From a virus: a DNA stretch of 64,000 nucleotides. Under the pieces are notes generated by a model. The model did not search any database. It was not told where the DNA came from and saw only the letters and a list, made by a program, of their open reading frames with translations. The DNA lies in the IMG/VR virus record IMGVR_UViG_3300040770_000184; one strand, written 5' to 3'. This document shows positions 1-7,938 of this stretch, one piece after another (position 1 is the first letter of the stretch; every line of letters begins with the position of its first letter). The position numbers and the translations under genes are program-made.

Positions 1-86
1 TTTGCCAAACCAGCTCGTCTTTCATGTAGCTCGCTGTTGCCGGAAGTGAGTCTTCCGGCTTTCTCTAACATATCTCTAGAGACCAT
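1..86 (-). CDS. Partial small early ORF running off the window start
   Basis: ATG overlaps the TAA of 86..334 (TAATG coupling); frame stays open to base 1. Confidence 0.3.
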   Translation of the reverse strand, partial: MVSRDMLEKAGRLTSGNSELHERRAGLA

Positions 87-334
87 TAGAGAAAGCCGTT
101 TTTGGTTTCAGTAGGCTCGTAGCCGAGTTCCTTTAACCGGTCAATGACACCGAGATCAAACGCATCTTGGATGGCTGTTTTGCTGATGCTCTTACCAGCG
201 TGGTAGTAGAGGACATCAACCATGTCTTGTTTGTTGTCAGCATTCTGCATAGCAGTTTCAGCAACACAGCGACCATCGGCATATGCCTCTGCTTCGGTGT
301 GTATTGTTAGCCAAGCAATGAGTCTTTTAAGCAT
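86..334 (-). CDS. Hypothetical early protein (82 aa)
   Basis: ORF with AAGGA-type SD, overlapping upstream gene, co-oriented in early cluster. Confidence 0.7.
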   Translation of the reverse strand: MLKRLIAWLTIHTEAEAYADGRCVAETAMQNADNKQDMVDVLYYHAGKSISKTAIQDAFDLGVIDRLKELGYEPTETKNGFL

Positions 335-557
335 GAGATATTCCTTCCTTCGCTTCTTGCTTATTGATAAAAGCAGTCAATTGAGCAACCAATAGTTTCG
401 CTTGGTCTGTATCCAGGTAGACACTGACCTTACCGGCTTCTTTTACGTTTTCTGATTCTGATACCAGAGCAAACAAGGGACGGAAAGGTTGACTATCTCG
501 GGTTGGATAACTGGTTAGCTTGTCTTCAGGGCAGACAGTGCAGGTCAAACAAAGCAT
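327..557 (-). CDS. Hypothetical early protein (76 aa), N-terminal CxxCxxC
   Basis: SD AGAGGA upstream of ATG; co-oriented early cluster. Confidence 0.7.
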   Translation of the reverse strand: MLCLTCTVCPEDKLTSYPTRDSQPFRPLFALVSESENVKEAGKVSVYLDTDQAKLLVAQLTAFINKQEAKEGISHA

Positions 558-569
558 GATCTATTCCTC

Positions 570-725
570 TTACTCCAGTTCTTGGGAGTATTCGTAGGTG
601 AGGGTTAGTTGGGTGCTATCTGCAATCTGTTCACCCAAGCAGCTTGCATGTACGTCATCACGGGCATACACAGTGTGGTACTGATTTCCTGCTCTTGAGC
701 TGAAGACCAACAGGTAGTTTTTCAT
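570..725 (-). CDS. Small hypothetical early protein (51 aa, MKNYLLVFSSRAG...), not in ORF track
   Basis: Hand translation; same AGAGGAATAGATC leader as the gene at 557; fills the gap exactly. Confidence 0.65.
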   Translation of the reverse strand: MKNYLLVFSSRAGNQYHTVYARDDVHASCLGEQIADSTQLTLTYEYSQELE

Positions 726-854
726 TGGATCTATTCCTCTAATTTATGTTTAGCCCAAGACATTTAGTCTTTAGGCTGTATTACCGAAAAAAAGGTAAAA
801 AGTTGAACTTAGTGTTTAGATAGTTGAAATGATCTATCTATCGTAAACATTTAA

Positions 855-880
855 TAAGGACACTCCGAAGAGTGTCCTTA
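855..880 (-). terminator. Intrinsic terminator after gp2-like gene
   Basis: Perfect 11-bp stem TAAGGACACTC/GAGTGTCCTTA with C(UUCG)G tetraloop on minus strand, followed by AT-rich run. Confidence 0.75.
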
Positions 881-884
881 TGGG

Positions 885-1277
885 TTACAGCGAGAGTTTC
901 TTGATGAACGGATTGGCACCGTTATCAATTGGAGCAGCTTCGTCGTTTACACGACGCAACTGGATTTGCAGGTTCAGGATGCAGGACTCGCCAGCAGCCA
1001 ACTTGGCAGCGTGAGCCTGGATCTGGTCCAACAAGTCGTTACGACTGCTTTGGAAAGCAGCGAACTCGTTGTTGCGACTGTTAGTCGGCAGATGGTCCTG
1101 CGTATCAAGCGGGATGCCTTGCGGCAAGCTGATGAAACGAGGAGTGCCATCCTCGTCGATTACATCAGACTCGTAGCCCAAATTGATCCAGAACTGTGCC
1201 TTCGGCTTATCAGCCGCTGCCTTTGGGGCAGAAGCAGCAGAGAAGGTCTTGGTGAAGTCGATGCCGGAAGTAGCCAT
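885..1277 (-). CDS. N4 gp2-like ssDNA-binding cofactor of phage RNAP II
   Basis: 130 aa; KAQFWINLGY, FISLPQGIPLDT, ARND-like motifs as recalled for N4 gp2; position behind an early hairpin promoter. Confidence 0.8.
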   Translation of the reverse strand: MATSGIDFTKTFSAASAPKAAADKPKAQFWINLGYESDVIDEDGTPRFISLPQGIPLDTQDHLPTNSRNNEFAAFQSSRNDLLDQIQAHAAKLAAGESCILNLQIQLRRVNDEAAPIDNGANPFIKKLSL

Positions 1278-1331
1278 GTTAGATGCTCCATTTTGGAAAG
1301 ATAGGACAGGATTGTCCAGAAGGGGATTTAC

Positions 1332-1351
1332 CCCACAAGGCGCGCAGCGCC
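1332..1351 (-). promoter_or_regulatory. N4 vRNAP-type hairpin promoter (Pe2-like) driving leftward transcription of gp2-like gene
   Basis: Template (+) strand CCCACAA-GGCGC-GCA-GCGCC: 5-bp stem, GNA triloop, G at -8, CC at +1/+2, same geometry as N4 P1/P2. Confidence 0.8.
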
Positions 1352-1376
1352 CTTTTGACTTTGATTTACCAATTCT

Positions 1377-1556
1377 TTAATTGGCAAATCGGTTGTAGCT
1401 TTTAACAGGTTTAGCAGTAGGAGCACTGAGTGCTCCAAGGATAGAGATGACTGGGATTATGGCAATTGCCAAACCCAAAGATATGTTGCCAACGCATACA
1501 GCGTTGACAACAAGAGAGATGATAGTCCCGACTATCATTAGAGTTAGAGCGTGCAT
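1377..1556 (-). CDS. Small two-TM membrane protein (59 aa, MHALTLMIVGTIISLVV...), not in ORF track
   Basis: Hand translation; two hydrophobic stretches and a basic tail; between gp1-like and gp2-like genes. Confidence 0.65.
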   Translation of the reverse strand: MHALTLMIVGTIISLVVNAVCVGNISLGLAIAIIPVISILGALSAPTAKPVKSYNRFAN

Positions 1557-1617
1557 AGATTGTCTATCCTATGGTAATGAGGGCTACCAGCGGAAGCTGG
1601 TAGCCTTGAGGGAGGAC

Positions 1618-1944
1618 TTAGCCCTGGGTTGCAGGGCGAAGGAGTTTAGTGAATGTGTCATACGCATCGGCGTAGTGCTTGGCGTGCTGTGCTGATTTAG
1701 CACAGAAGGCTTCGACTTTGAGAGCACCGATTGAACGAGCTTCAGCTCGTTCTTGGATGAGGTTCTCAAGGAAGTCTTCACGATTGGCTACGTTACGTAG
1801 CTTCTGATCGATGGAGGCTTCGGTGACGAAGGCTGATAGCATGCCGACGCCATTGTTGGTGGCGTCTAATGCGGTTGTCACTGTAGCTGCGGCATTCTGG
1901 ATTGTGCCGAGGATGGCACCGAATGCTAGGCGAGTAGTGGACAT
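1618..1944 (-). CDS. N4 gp1-like early protein (108 aa)
   Basis: Size, MSTTRLAFGAILGT N-terminus and position as first gene after hairpin promoter. Confidence 0.7.
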   Translation of the reverse strand: MSTTRLAFGAILGTIQNAAATVTTALDATNNGVGMLSAFVTEASIDQKLRNVANREDFLENLIQERAEARSIGALKVEAFCAKSAQHAKHYADAYDTFTKLLRPATQG

Positions 1945-1977
1945 GGAGATACCCCTGTAGTTGTTGAGGCATGATTG

Positions 1978-1997
1978 CCCACAAGCCGGGCACCGGC
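1978..1997 (-). promoter_or_regulatory. N4 vRNAP-type hairpin promoter (Pe1-like) driving gp1-like gene
   Basis: Template (+) strand CCCACAA-GCCGG-GCA-CCGGC; identical CCCACAA and GCA loop to the 1332 element with a different compensating stem. Confidence 0.8.
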
Positions 1998-2391
1998 TAG
2001 GGATATGAAGGGGGTGGGTGAGTGAGTGTAAGCTTGAGGATACCGGGGGGGTAGTTGTGTAAGCTTGGGGGTGTAAACGTGTAAGTACTACAACGGAAGG
2101 TACATACCAAAAATATAGGAAGTTTTTAAAATATATAGAACTATGTTTGAAGTAACCCCCATAAAAAGACCGGAAGCAGCTGGGGGAACTGTCCGGTCCT
2201 GTCAGGTCTGTTAGGTGCCTGACTCATCTATCAGATCATCCCTCTAATAAAGCCCTCTTCAGCACAGGCATCTTGAAGAGATAAGGAGTCGAAGAACTCT
2301 GACGGCGGCTGTTATTTTCCCATGAAGCCCACTATCCGCAATAGGTTGACCGGTCTTCCTACAGACCACTCAAGGCAAGCTGACTTTACCA

Positions 2392-2661
2392 CTAGATACG
2401 GTTTCTATCATAGGGGTCATACGTGAGAAAGATATTGGCATAGTGCTTCTCCCATTTGTGTAGTTCGATCGGTGTGGTGACCGTAGTGATATTGATGAAC
2501 AGCTCTCTGCCCATTAGGTAGCACATGCCTGACATAAAGTCGTATTCCTCTTGGTTCTCTACCAGAAGAACTGACCTACCTTTTCTATCCCTATACACCC
2601 ATTCCAAAGGAATCTCTTCAGGACTGCTGCCAAACTTCTTTAACCAGAACTGTAGATTCAC
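2392..2661 (-). CDS. Hypothetical protein (89 aa)
   Basis: GTG start with GGGG/AAGG-rich SD; protein-like composition. Confidence 0.55.
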   Translation of the reverse strand: MNLQFWLKKFGSSPEEIPLEWVYRDRKGRSVLLVENQEEYDFMSGMCYLMGRELFINITTVTTPIELHKWEKHYANIFLTYDPYDRNRI

Positions 2662-2810
2662 CCCTTATCCCCTTGGTTCCATTGCGAAGCGATGGGCAAT
2701 AGCCCCCCTTACCCCCGTCCTTGTCAGGAAAGAGATTGAGTTTTATCTAAAGGTAGCCTAAAGTCTATCTTAATTCAAAGAACGATTCACATTAACTACT
2801 GGGGAAAATT

Positions 2811-3620
2811 ATGCGTATCACTGAAGCTGAGTTGAAAGCCGCTGCCGTAGCACCACGAGTGACACTGGAAGATGTCGAAGCAGCCATTCGTTACGAACAC
2901 TATTTCACTGCCGGTGACGGTGTGCAAGGGGCAACCGATGGGGTAAACGTCTTCTACCCGGATAACCTGAACCGAATGACCTTCTGTGTGCTGACATTGC
3001 AAAACAACTTCACGGTACAAGGACAGTCTTCCTGTGCCAGCCCTGGTAACTATAAAGTAGAGACAGGCCGTAACCTTGCCCGCGAAGATGCTTTCAACAA
3101 GCTATGGGCACTCCTTGGTTTCGAGCTGCGTACCAAACTCAGCATGATTGAGAAGGCAGGCCCTGCCATGGGTGAGATCCTGAAATTAGGAGATCCGACT
3201 ACTTATATAGGCACAAAAACTATCCGTGCCGTAGCCATGACCCGTGGTGGGTACAACGATTACCGTGGTTGGTCCCAGCCTGCAAACGAATGCAGTGATG
3301 ATAATGGTTACCTGACTGAGACTGTGGGTGCCGAAGCAAATGTCCCAGGCCACGCAGGCTATGTAAGCTGGTCCCCACGAGATGTGTTTGAGAAAAGCTA
3401 TGACGTAGGTCTCCGTCTACGTACCCTTACACACACCGATCGTATGGTTGTGGAACGTAACGATCTACATGATAAGTACACAAGGGGGGCAGCTTTCAGT
3501 AAATCTCCTTCCTTTATGAACCTGACTAATGAGGCCAGGATGGATTTGCTAGATCAGTTGCGTGCTATGCACGACTACCTGATAGTCCTTAATCGACGAA
3601 TCGAACGCGATTCCAAATAA
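2811..3620 (+). CDS. Phage Gp49-like / DUF2829-like / C-terminal helical fusion protein
   Basis: TFCVLTLQNNFTVQGQSSCASPGN (Gp49-like), YIGTK..YNDYRGW..SWSPRDVFEKSY (DUF2829-like), LLDQLRAMHDYL tail. Confidence 0.75.
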   Translation: MRITEAELKAAAVAPRVTLEDVEAAIRYEHYFTAGDGVQGATDGVNVFYPDNLNRMTFCVLTLQNNFTVQGQSSCASPGNYKVETGRNLAREDAFNKLWALLGFELRTKLSMIEKAGPAMGEILKLGDPTTYIGTKTIRAVAMTRGGYNDYRGWSQPANECSDDNGYLTETVGAEANVPGHAGYVSWSPRDVFEKSYDVGLRLRTLTHTDRMVVERNDLHDKYTRGAAFSKSPSFMNLTNEARMDLLDQLRAMHDYLIVLNRRIERDSK

Positions 3621-3623
3621 AAA

Positions 3624-3650
3624 ATCTAAGGGGCTACGGCCCCTTTAGAT
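3624..3650 (+). terminator. Stem-loop after 2811..3620 (terminator or processing site)
   Basis: ATCTAAGGGGC-TACG-GCCCCTTTAGAT, C(UACG)G tetraloop. Confidence 0.55.
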
Positions 3651-3670
3651 ATTAGTTAGAGGAAAAAGTC

Positions 3671-4339
3671 ATGCTGACTAAGCTAGAAGTGGAACAAGCA
3701 GTACCGGCTACGCTGAAAAACACCATCACCCAGCAATTCGTGGATACGGTGAACAATGTCGTAAACGATCCGGTGGTTGCTGAGCAGGTGCGTGAGAATT
3801 TCATTTCTTACACCAGCGTGTTGAAAGACGGGAAGTACAAGACCCAGGATTATCTGAATGCTGTGGTGTACGTTAGTTATAAGTTGATGGGGGATAGCAA
3901 CCACGACGCTTACGCCAAGACGTTCCCACAACGCTATGCCTCTTTGGTAGCAGCAGGCAAAAGCAAGAAGGATGTCAGCTCCTACGTATCCATGTACGCC
4001 GGGAACAAGCTGGTCAATGCCATCTTGGAGCAAAGCTTTATCCCTACTTGGGTTTTGAACCGTGACGTACAGCAGAAGGCGATCAACCATCTTGCCACCC
4101 TGATGACTGGGGCTATGAGCGAGAAGGTCCAGTGCGATGCAGCTGCAGCACTGCTTACTCACTTGGCTAAGCCTAAAGAAGTAGGGCCACTGATCAACTT
4201 CGACCTGCGTGAAACCTCTGGCATGAACGAAATGAAGGAAATGCTTGAGCGTATGGCCACTACCCAGCAGCAGCTCATTGCCAATGGCCACACCACCAAA
4301 CAGGTAGCTGGTGAGCGTATCTTTGAGATGAAGCCATGA
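3671..4339 (+). CDS. N4 gp69-like protein (candidate terminase small subunit)
   Basis: 222 aa, directly upstream of terminase as in N4 synteny. Confidence 0.7.
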   Translation: MLTKLEVEQAVPATLKNTITQQFVDTVNNVVNDPVVAEQVRENFISYTSVLKDGKYKTQDYLNAVVYVSYKLMGDSNHDAYAKTFPQRYASLVAAGKSKKDVSSYVSMYAGNKLVNAILEQSFIPTWVLNRDVQQKAINHLATLMTGAMSEKVQCDAAAALLTHLAKPKEVGPLINFDLRETSGMNEMKEMLERMATTQQQLIANGHTTKQVAGERIFEMKP

Positions 4340-4557
4340 TCACCTTATTTTATGCAGATAACTTTAAGGAAGTAATCGCAAGTTTTGACTCTGTGCCCAC
4401 GGTAAGACGTGGCAGGTTTCAACCAAGCGTCATTTACTTGAGTGGGTTGGATGCTGTAAATCCGCAGACAGTAACCAGAGCCATGTCGTTGGTGCATCGT
4501 AATACCGGAGCAGTTTTCTTAGAGGGGGAGTCACTATGGCCATCGAAACTGGTTTGA
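4336..4557 (+). CDS. Hypothetical protein (73 aa)
   Basis: ATGA-coupled to upstream gene, overlaps terminase start. Confidence 0.55.
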   Translation: MITLFYADNFKEVIASFDSVPTVRRGRFQPSVIYLSGLDAVNPQTVTRAMSLVHRNTGAVFLEGESLWPSKLV

Positions 4558-6158
4558 TCAAACAGAAGCTAGATGACTGGCTGAACCAGGTGGATTACGC
4601 CTCACTCAATTCCAGCACCTACATACCCACTACTTTTGCCCTGACCTTTATGAACTGGATCAAGATGGTCAACGGTCAGGAAGGGGAAAGTCACAAGACC
4701 CCACCAGTTCACCTAAAGATGTTGGATAAGATTGTTGAGGTCAATCCAATCACCCGAGCAGTCAACGACTACGTAGCCAACCTGTGCTTTCGAGGGGCTG
4801 CAAAGACGACTCTCTTTATGGAGTACTTCGTGTTGTTTTGCGCCCACTTTGGGTACATCCCCAACTTCGGAAAAGTGGAAGGCATGATCTACGTGTCTGA
4901 CTCGATGGACAACGGTGTGAAATCTGCACGTAAGAACATTGAGTTCCGGTACAACAACAGCGAGTTCCTGCAGTACTGGATCCCCGATGCCACCTTCACG
5001 GATAACTACCTTGAGTTCAGAAACCGTGAAGGCCACCGTCTTGGCTGCAAAATGTTTGGTGCCAAGACCGGTCTTCGTGGTACGAAGATCTTTGGTAAGC
5101 GTCCTGTCATTGCCATTCTCGATGACCTCGTGAGTGATGATGACGCCAAGTCGAAGGCAGCAATGTCTGCCATCAAGGACACCGTATATAAAGGTGTAAA
5201 CCACGCACTCGATCCTACCCGACGTAAAGTCGTGTTCAACGGTACACCCTTTAATACAGAAGACATTCTGATCGAAGCTGTGGAATCCGGTGCATGGGAC
5301 GTGAACGTGTGGCCCGTGTGCGAGAAATTCCCCTGCGAGAAAGCAGAGTTTGTTGGGGCATGGGACGATCGCTTTAGCTACGACTACGTGGCAGCTCAGT
5401 ACGACATGGCTGTAAAAACAGGCAAGCTCTCTGCCTTCTATCAAGAACTAATGCTACGTATCAGCTCTGAAGAAGAACGTCTTGTTCAGGATGAGGAGAT
5501 TGGTTGGTACAGCCGTGCTGACTTGTTGAAGAACAAAGAGATCTACAACTTCTATATGACGACTGACTTTGCTACCTCTGCCAAGCAGACAGCCGACTTC
5601 AACGTAATCAGTGACTGGGCATACAACGCCAACGGGGACTGGTTCTGGGTAGACGGTATCTGTGAGAAGCAGACGATGGATAAGACAATCGATGCCTTGT
5701 TTGCTCATGTACTGAAGTACAACCCCCAGCAAGTTGGTGTTGAGATCACCGGTCAGCAGGGTGCTTTTATTCAGTGGCTGCAGCGAGAGATGATGAGTCG
5801 GAACATTTGGTTCAACTTTGCATCGAGTGAAAAGAGTGGTGCTCCGGGCATACGGCCATCAACTGACAAGTTGACGCGATTCAATACTGTAGTCCCTTGG
5901 TTCAAGATGCGTAAAATTTGGTTCCCACAAGAGATGAAAAACTCCGTAATTGTGGGACAATTCATGGAACAAATTCGCCTAGCTACCAAGAGCGGTCTCA
6001 AAGGTAAAGACGACTGCTTAGATACAATTTCTATGCTGGGTTATCTCAATCCATGGAAACCATCTCAGGCATCTCCCACCACTGAAGCTGAATTAAATAT
6101 GTGGGATGATGATGATAAGCAGCCCACTATTTCCGGCCTGTCTTCCTATATCGTGTGA
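4536..6158 (+). CDS. terL: Terminase large subunit (N4 gp68-like)
   Basis: FRGAAKTT Walker A, ILDD Walker B, C-terminal RNase H-like TDFA...D and GKDDCLD motifs. Confidence 0.95.
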   Translation: MAIETGLIKQKLDDWLNQVDYASLNSSTYIPTTFALTFMNWIKMVNGQEGESHKTPPVHLKMLDKIVEVNPITRAVNDYVANLCFRGAAKTTLFMEYFVLFCAHFGYIPNFGKVEGMIYVSDSMDNGVKSARKNIEFRYNNSEFLQYWIPDATFTDNYLEFRNREGHRLGCKMFGAKTGLRGTKIFGKRPVIAILDDLVSDDDAKSKAAMSAIKDTVYKGVNHALDPTRRKVVFNGTPFNTEDILIEAVESGAWDVNVWPVCEKFPCEKAEFVGAWDDRFSYDYVAAQYDMAVKTGKLSAFYQELMLRISSEEERLVQDEEIGWYSRADLLKNKEIYNFYMTTDFATSAKQTADFNVISDWAYNANGDWFWVDGICEKQTMDKTIDALFAHVLKYNPQQVGVEITGQQGAFIQWLQREMMSRNIWFNFASSEKSGAPGIRPSTDKLTRFNTVVPWFKMRKIWFPQEMKNSVIVGQFMEQIRLATKSGLKGKDDCLDTISMLGYLNPWKPSQASPTTEAELNMWDDDDKQPTISGLSSYIV

Positions 6159-6164
6159 GGTTTT

Positions 6165-6866
6165 ATGGACATCGCAGAACTTTTTCAAAAGCTGTCTTAC
6201 GGGGAACTCTCCAACCTCGCCATGTCTGGAGAAGGTTCAGGTGAGATCCTTGAGGCATACCACCCCAAGATTGTTCTCTATACAAACGAGGGGCTGACTC
6301 GTCTACATTCACGGTTCCCTCTCAAAGAGAATGATGTCCTGGTTGAGATGCACAGCCACATTACGAACTACCACTTGCTGCCTCGCTTCTCCAGACAGCA
6401 TGAACCAAAGCTGGAAAAGACATGCTACATCTTGGACCTTCCTCTTGAACCTTTTGTTGATGAGGTAATCAAGGTCACAGCTGTATACAATACGTATGGT
6501 GAGCGTCTACCGCTAAACAACGACAATCACCCTGAGTCTGTATTCACTCCCCAGGCAAAGGTGCTGCAAGTACCACGTCCTCAAGAAGGGGCTGCTCTTA
6601 GTATCGTGTACCAAACAATGCACGAGACTTTGGATCACACCAAGTTGAACCAGCCGATCTCCCTGCCTGATACATTAGTGACTGCCCTAACTGCTTACAT
6701 TGCGTACAAGGTGTATAGTCACATCAATACTGCTGAGGCATCCAGCAAAGCTCAAGAACACTACGCCTTTTACGAAAGTGTATGCGGCGAAGTTATCGAG
6801 CATGATTTGGTTAGTGCCACAGTTTCCACTAGCAATACTCGCTTTTATAATGGAGGCTGGAAATAA
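6165..6866 (+). CDS. N4 gp67-like virion structural (head-tail connector) protein
   Basis: 233 aa, follows terminase; N4 synteny. Confidence 0.7.
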   Translation: MDIAELFQKLSYGELSNLAMSGEGSGEILEAYHPKIVLYTNEGLTRLHSRFPLKENDVLVEMHSHITNYHLLPRFSRQHEPKLEKTCYILDLPLEPFVDEVIKVTAVYNTYGERLPLNNDNHPESVFTPQAKVLQVPRPQEGAALSIVYQTMHETLDHTKLNQPISLPDTLVTALTAYIAYKVYSHINTAEASSKAQEHYAFYESVCGEVIEHDLVSATVSTSNTRFYNGGWK

Positions 6867-7285
6867 TGTCTTTTCGTCCAAGCACTGACCCAATGGGCGG
6901 CTCTGCCCCTCTAGTGGATAAAATGATCGGCACTGCCTACGACAAGGTAGCCCTGGTTTCTAAAAATCTTGAGCTTCTTCAATACGTTGCTGACCACATG
7001 GAAGACCTGTTACTGGTATCCACTCAGCTGCGTAACTCACAAGTTGTTGAGGGTGTGTCCGGGCAACTGGGGGCATTGGTCACTATCCCGCTGCCTGAAG
7101 GCGTAGCCCAGAATATGGTTGTTGCCAGCTCAATAATCCTTGTTGCGTCTGACGGTGCCCTTTATGGGGAAGAGTATTTCTCCTCCTACATTTTAGAGAA
7201 TGCTCTGAAGATCAGCCTAAAGATGAGCGCCCCCACTAGCCTTATTGGTTCAGGCATTCGCTGGTATGTGACCTACGGGGTGTAA
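6866..7285 (+). CDS. Tail appendage anchor/adaptor protein
   Basis: N-terminus PLVDKMIGTAYDKV resembles the virion-attachment N-terminus of N4-like tail fibres; no enzymatic C-terminal domain. Confidence 0.55.
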   Translation: MSFRPSTDPMGGSAPLVDKMIGTAYDKVALVSKNLELLQYVADHMEDLLLVSTQLRNSQVVEGVSGQLGALVTIPLPEGVAQNMVVASSIILVASDGALYGEEYFSSYILENALKISLKMSAPTSLIGSGIRWYVTYGV

Positions 7286-7287
7286 TC

Positions 7288-7938
7288 ATGTCTGAAGACA
7301 ATATGTCGCTAACCGAGTTCTCTAAAGAGAACCCTATAAGGAATCACTCAAGCCGAGTGATCCCCTTATGGGTGGGTGGTAAACCACCTTTCCTTGTTGA
7401 CATTAGTCCACGAGTTTTGGACTACGGTACTAGGGTACTCGGCTCGGTCACTCCTTTGGAATTTACAATCACCAATACGGGTTTTCAAACCCTGGTTGTT
7501 AAGTCCATTAGCTTGAATGGGGTTGCGTTTACTTTCCCCACAGTGCTTCCCACCGAAATTAAGGCAGATCGTGATTTCAAAATTGAGATCGTATTTGCCC
7601 CCCAAATTGAGGGAAATTTTACTGGCTACTTCGACATTGAGTTTGAGAACCTCCCGAAAGAGCGGGTTAGCTTAATAGCTGCCTCTTCGTTGGATTACCT
7701 GGGTCTCACTAACAAGATGCTTACGGGTCTGTGGGAATTTCTTCAACGGGCGACACTACCGGCGATTACATCAACCGGTCCTGCCCTATCTATGTCTCTC
7801 ACTGAAGTGTCATACGTAGATCCCGTTGAATTAGGTAGCACCTCTGGGGTTACCACAATCCGTTTATCGAACGTGGGTAACCAACCCCTGATAATAGACA
7901 ACCTCACTGTGACCGGTGATTTCGAGATAATCCCATGA
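7288..7938 (+). CDS. Ig-like (ASH/choice-of-anchor-D type) domain tail protein; ends in half an Ig domain
   Basis: ITNTG..LVV..I...F...IVFAP..G pattern; C-terminus is the first half of a second such domain. Confidence 0.75.
   Translation: MSEDNMSLTEFSKENPIRNHSSRVIPLWVGGKPPFLVDISPRVLDYGTRVLGSVTPLEFTITNTGFQTLVVKSISLNGVAFTFPTVLPTEIKADRDFKIEIVFAPQIEGNFTGYFDIEFENLPKERVSLIAASSLDYLGLTNKMLTGLWEFLQRATLPAITSTGPALSMSLTEVSYVDPVELGSTSGVTTIRLSNVGNQPLIIDNLTVTGDFEIIP

Noticed and set aside
3683-5444. Long antisense ORFs opposite gp69/terminase
   Set aside because: Shadow ORFs from codon bias of the real plus-strand genes
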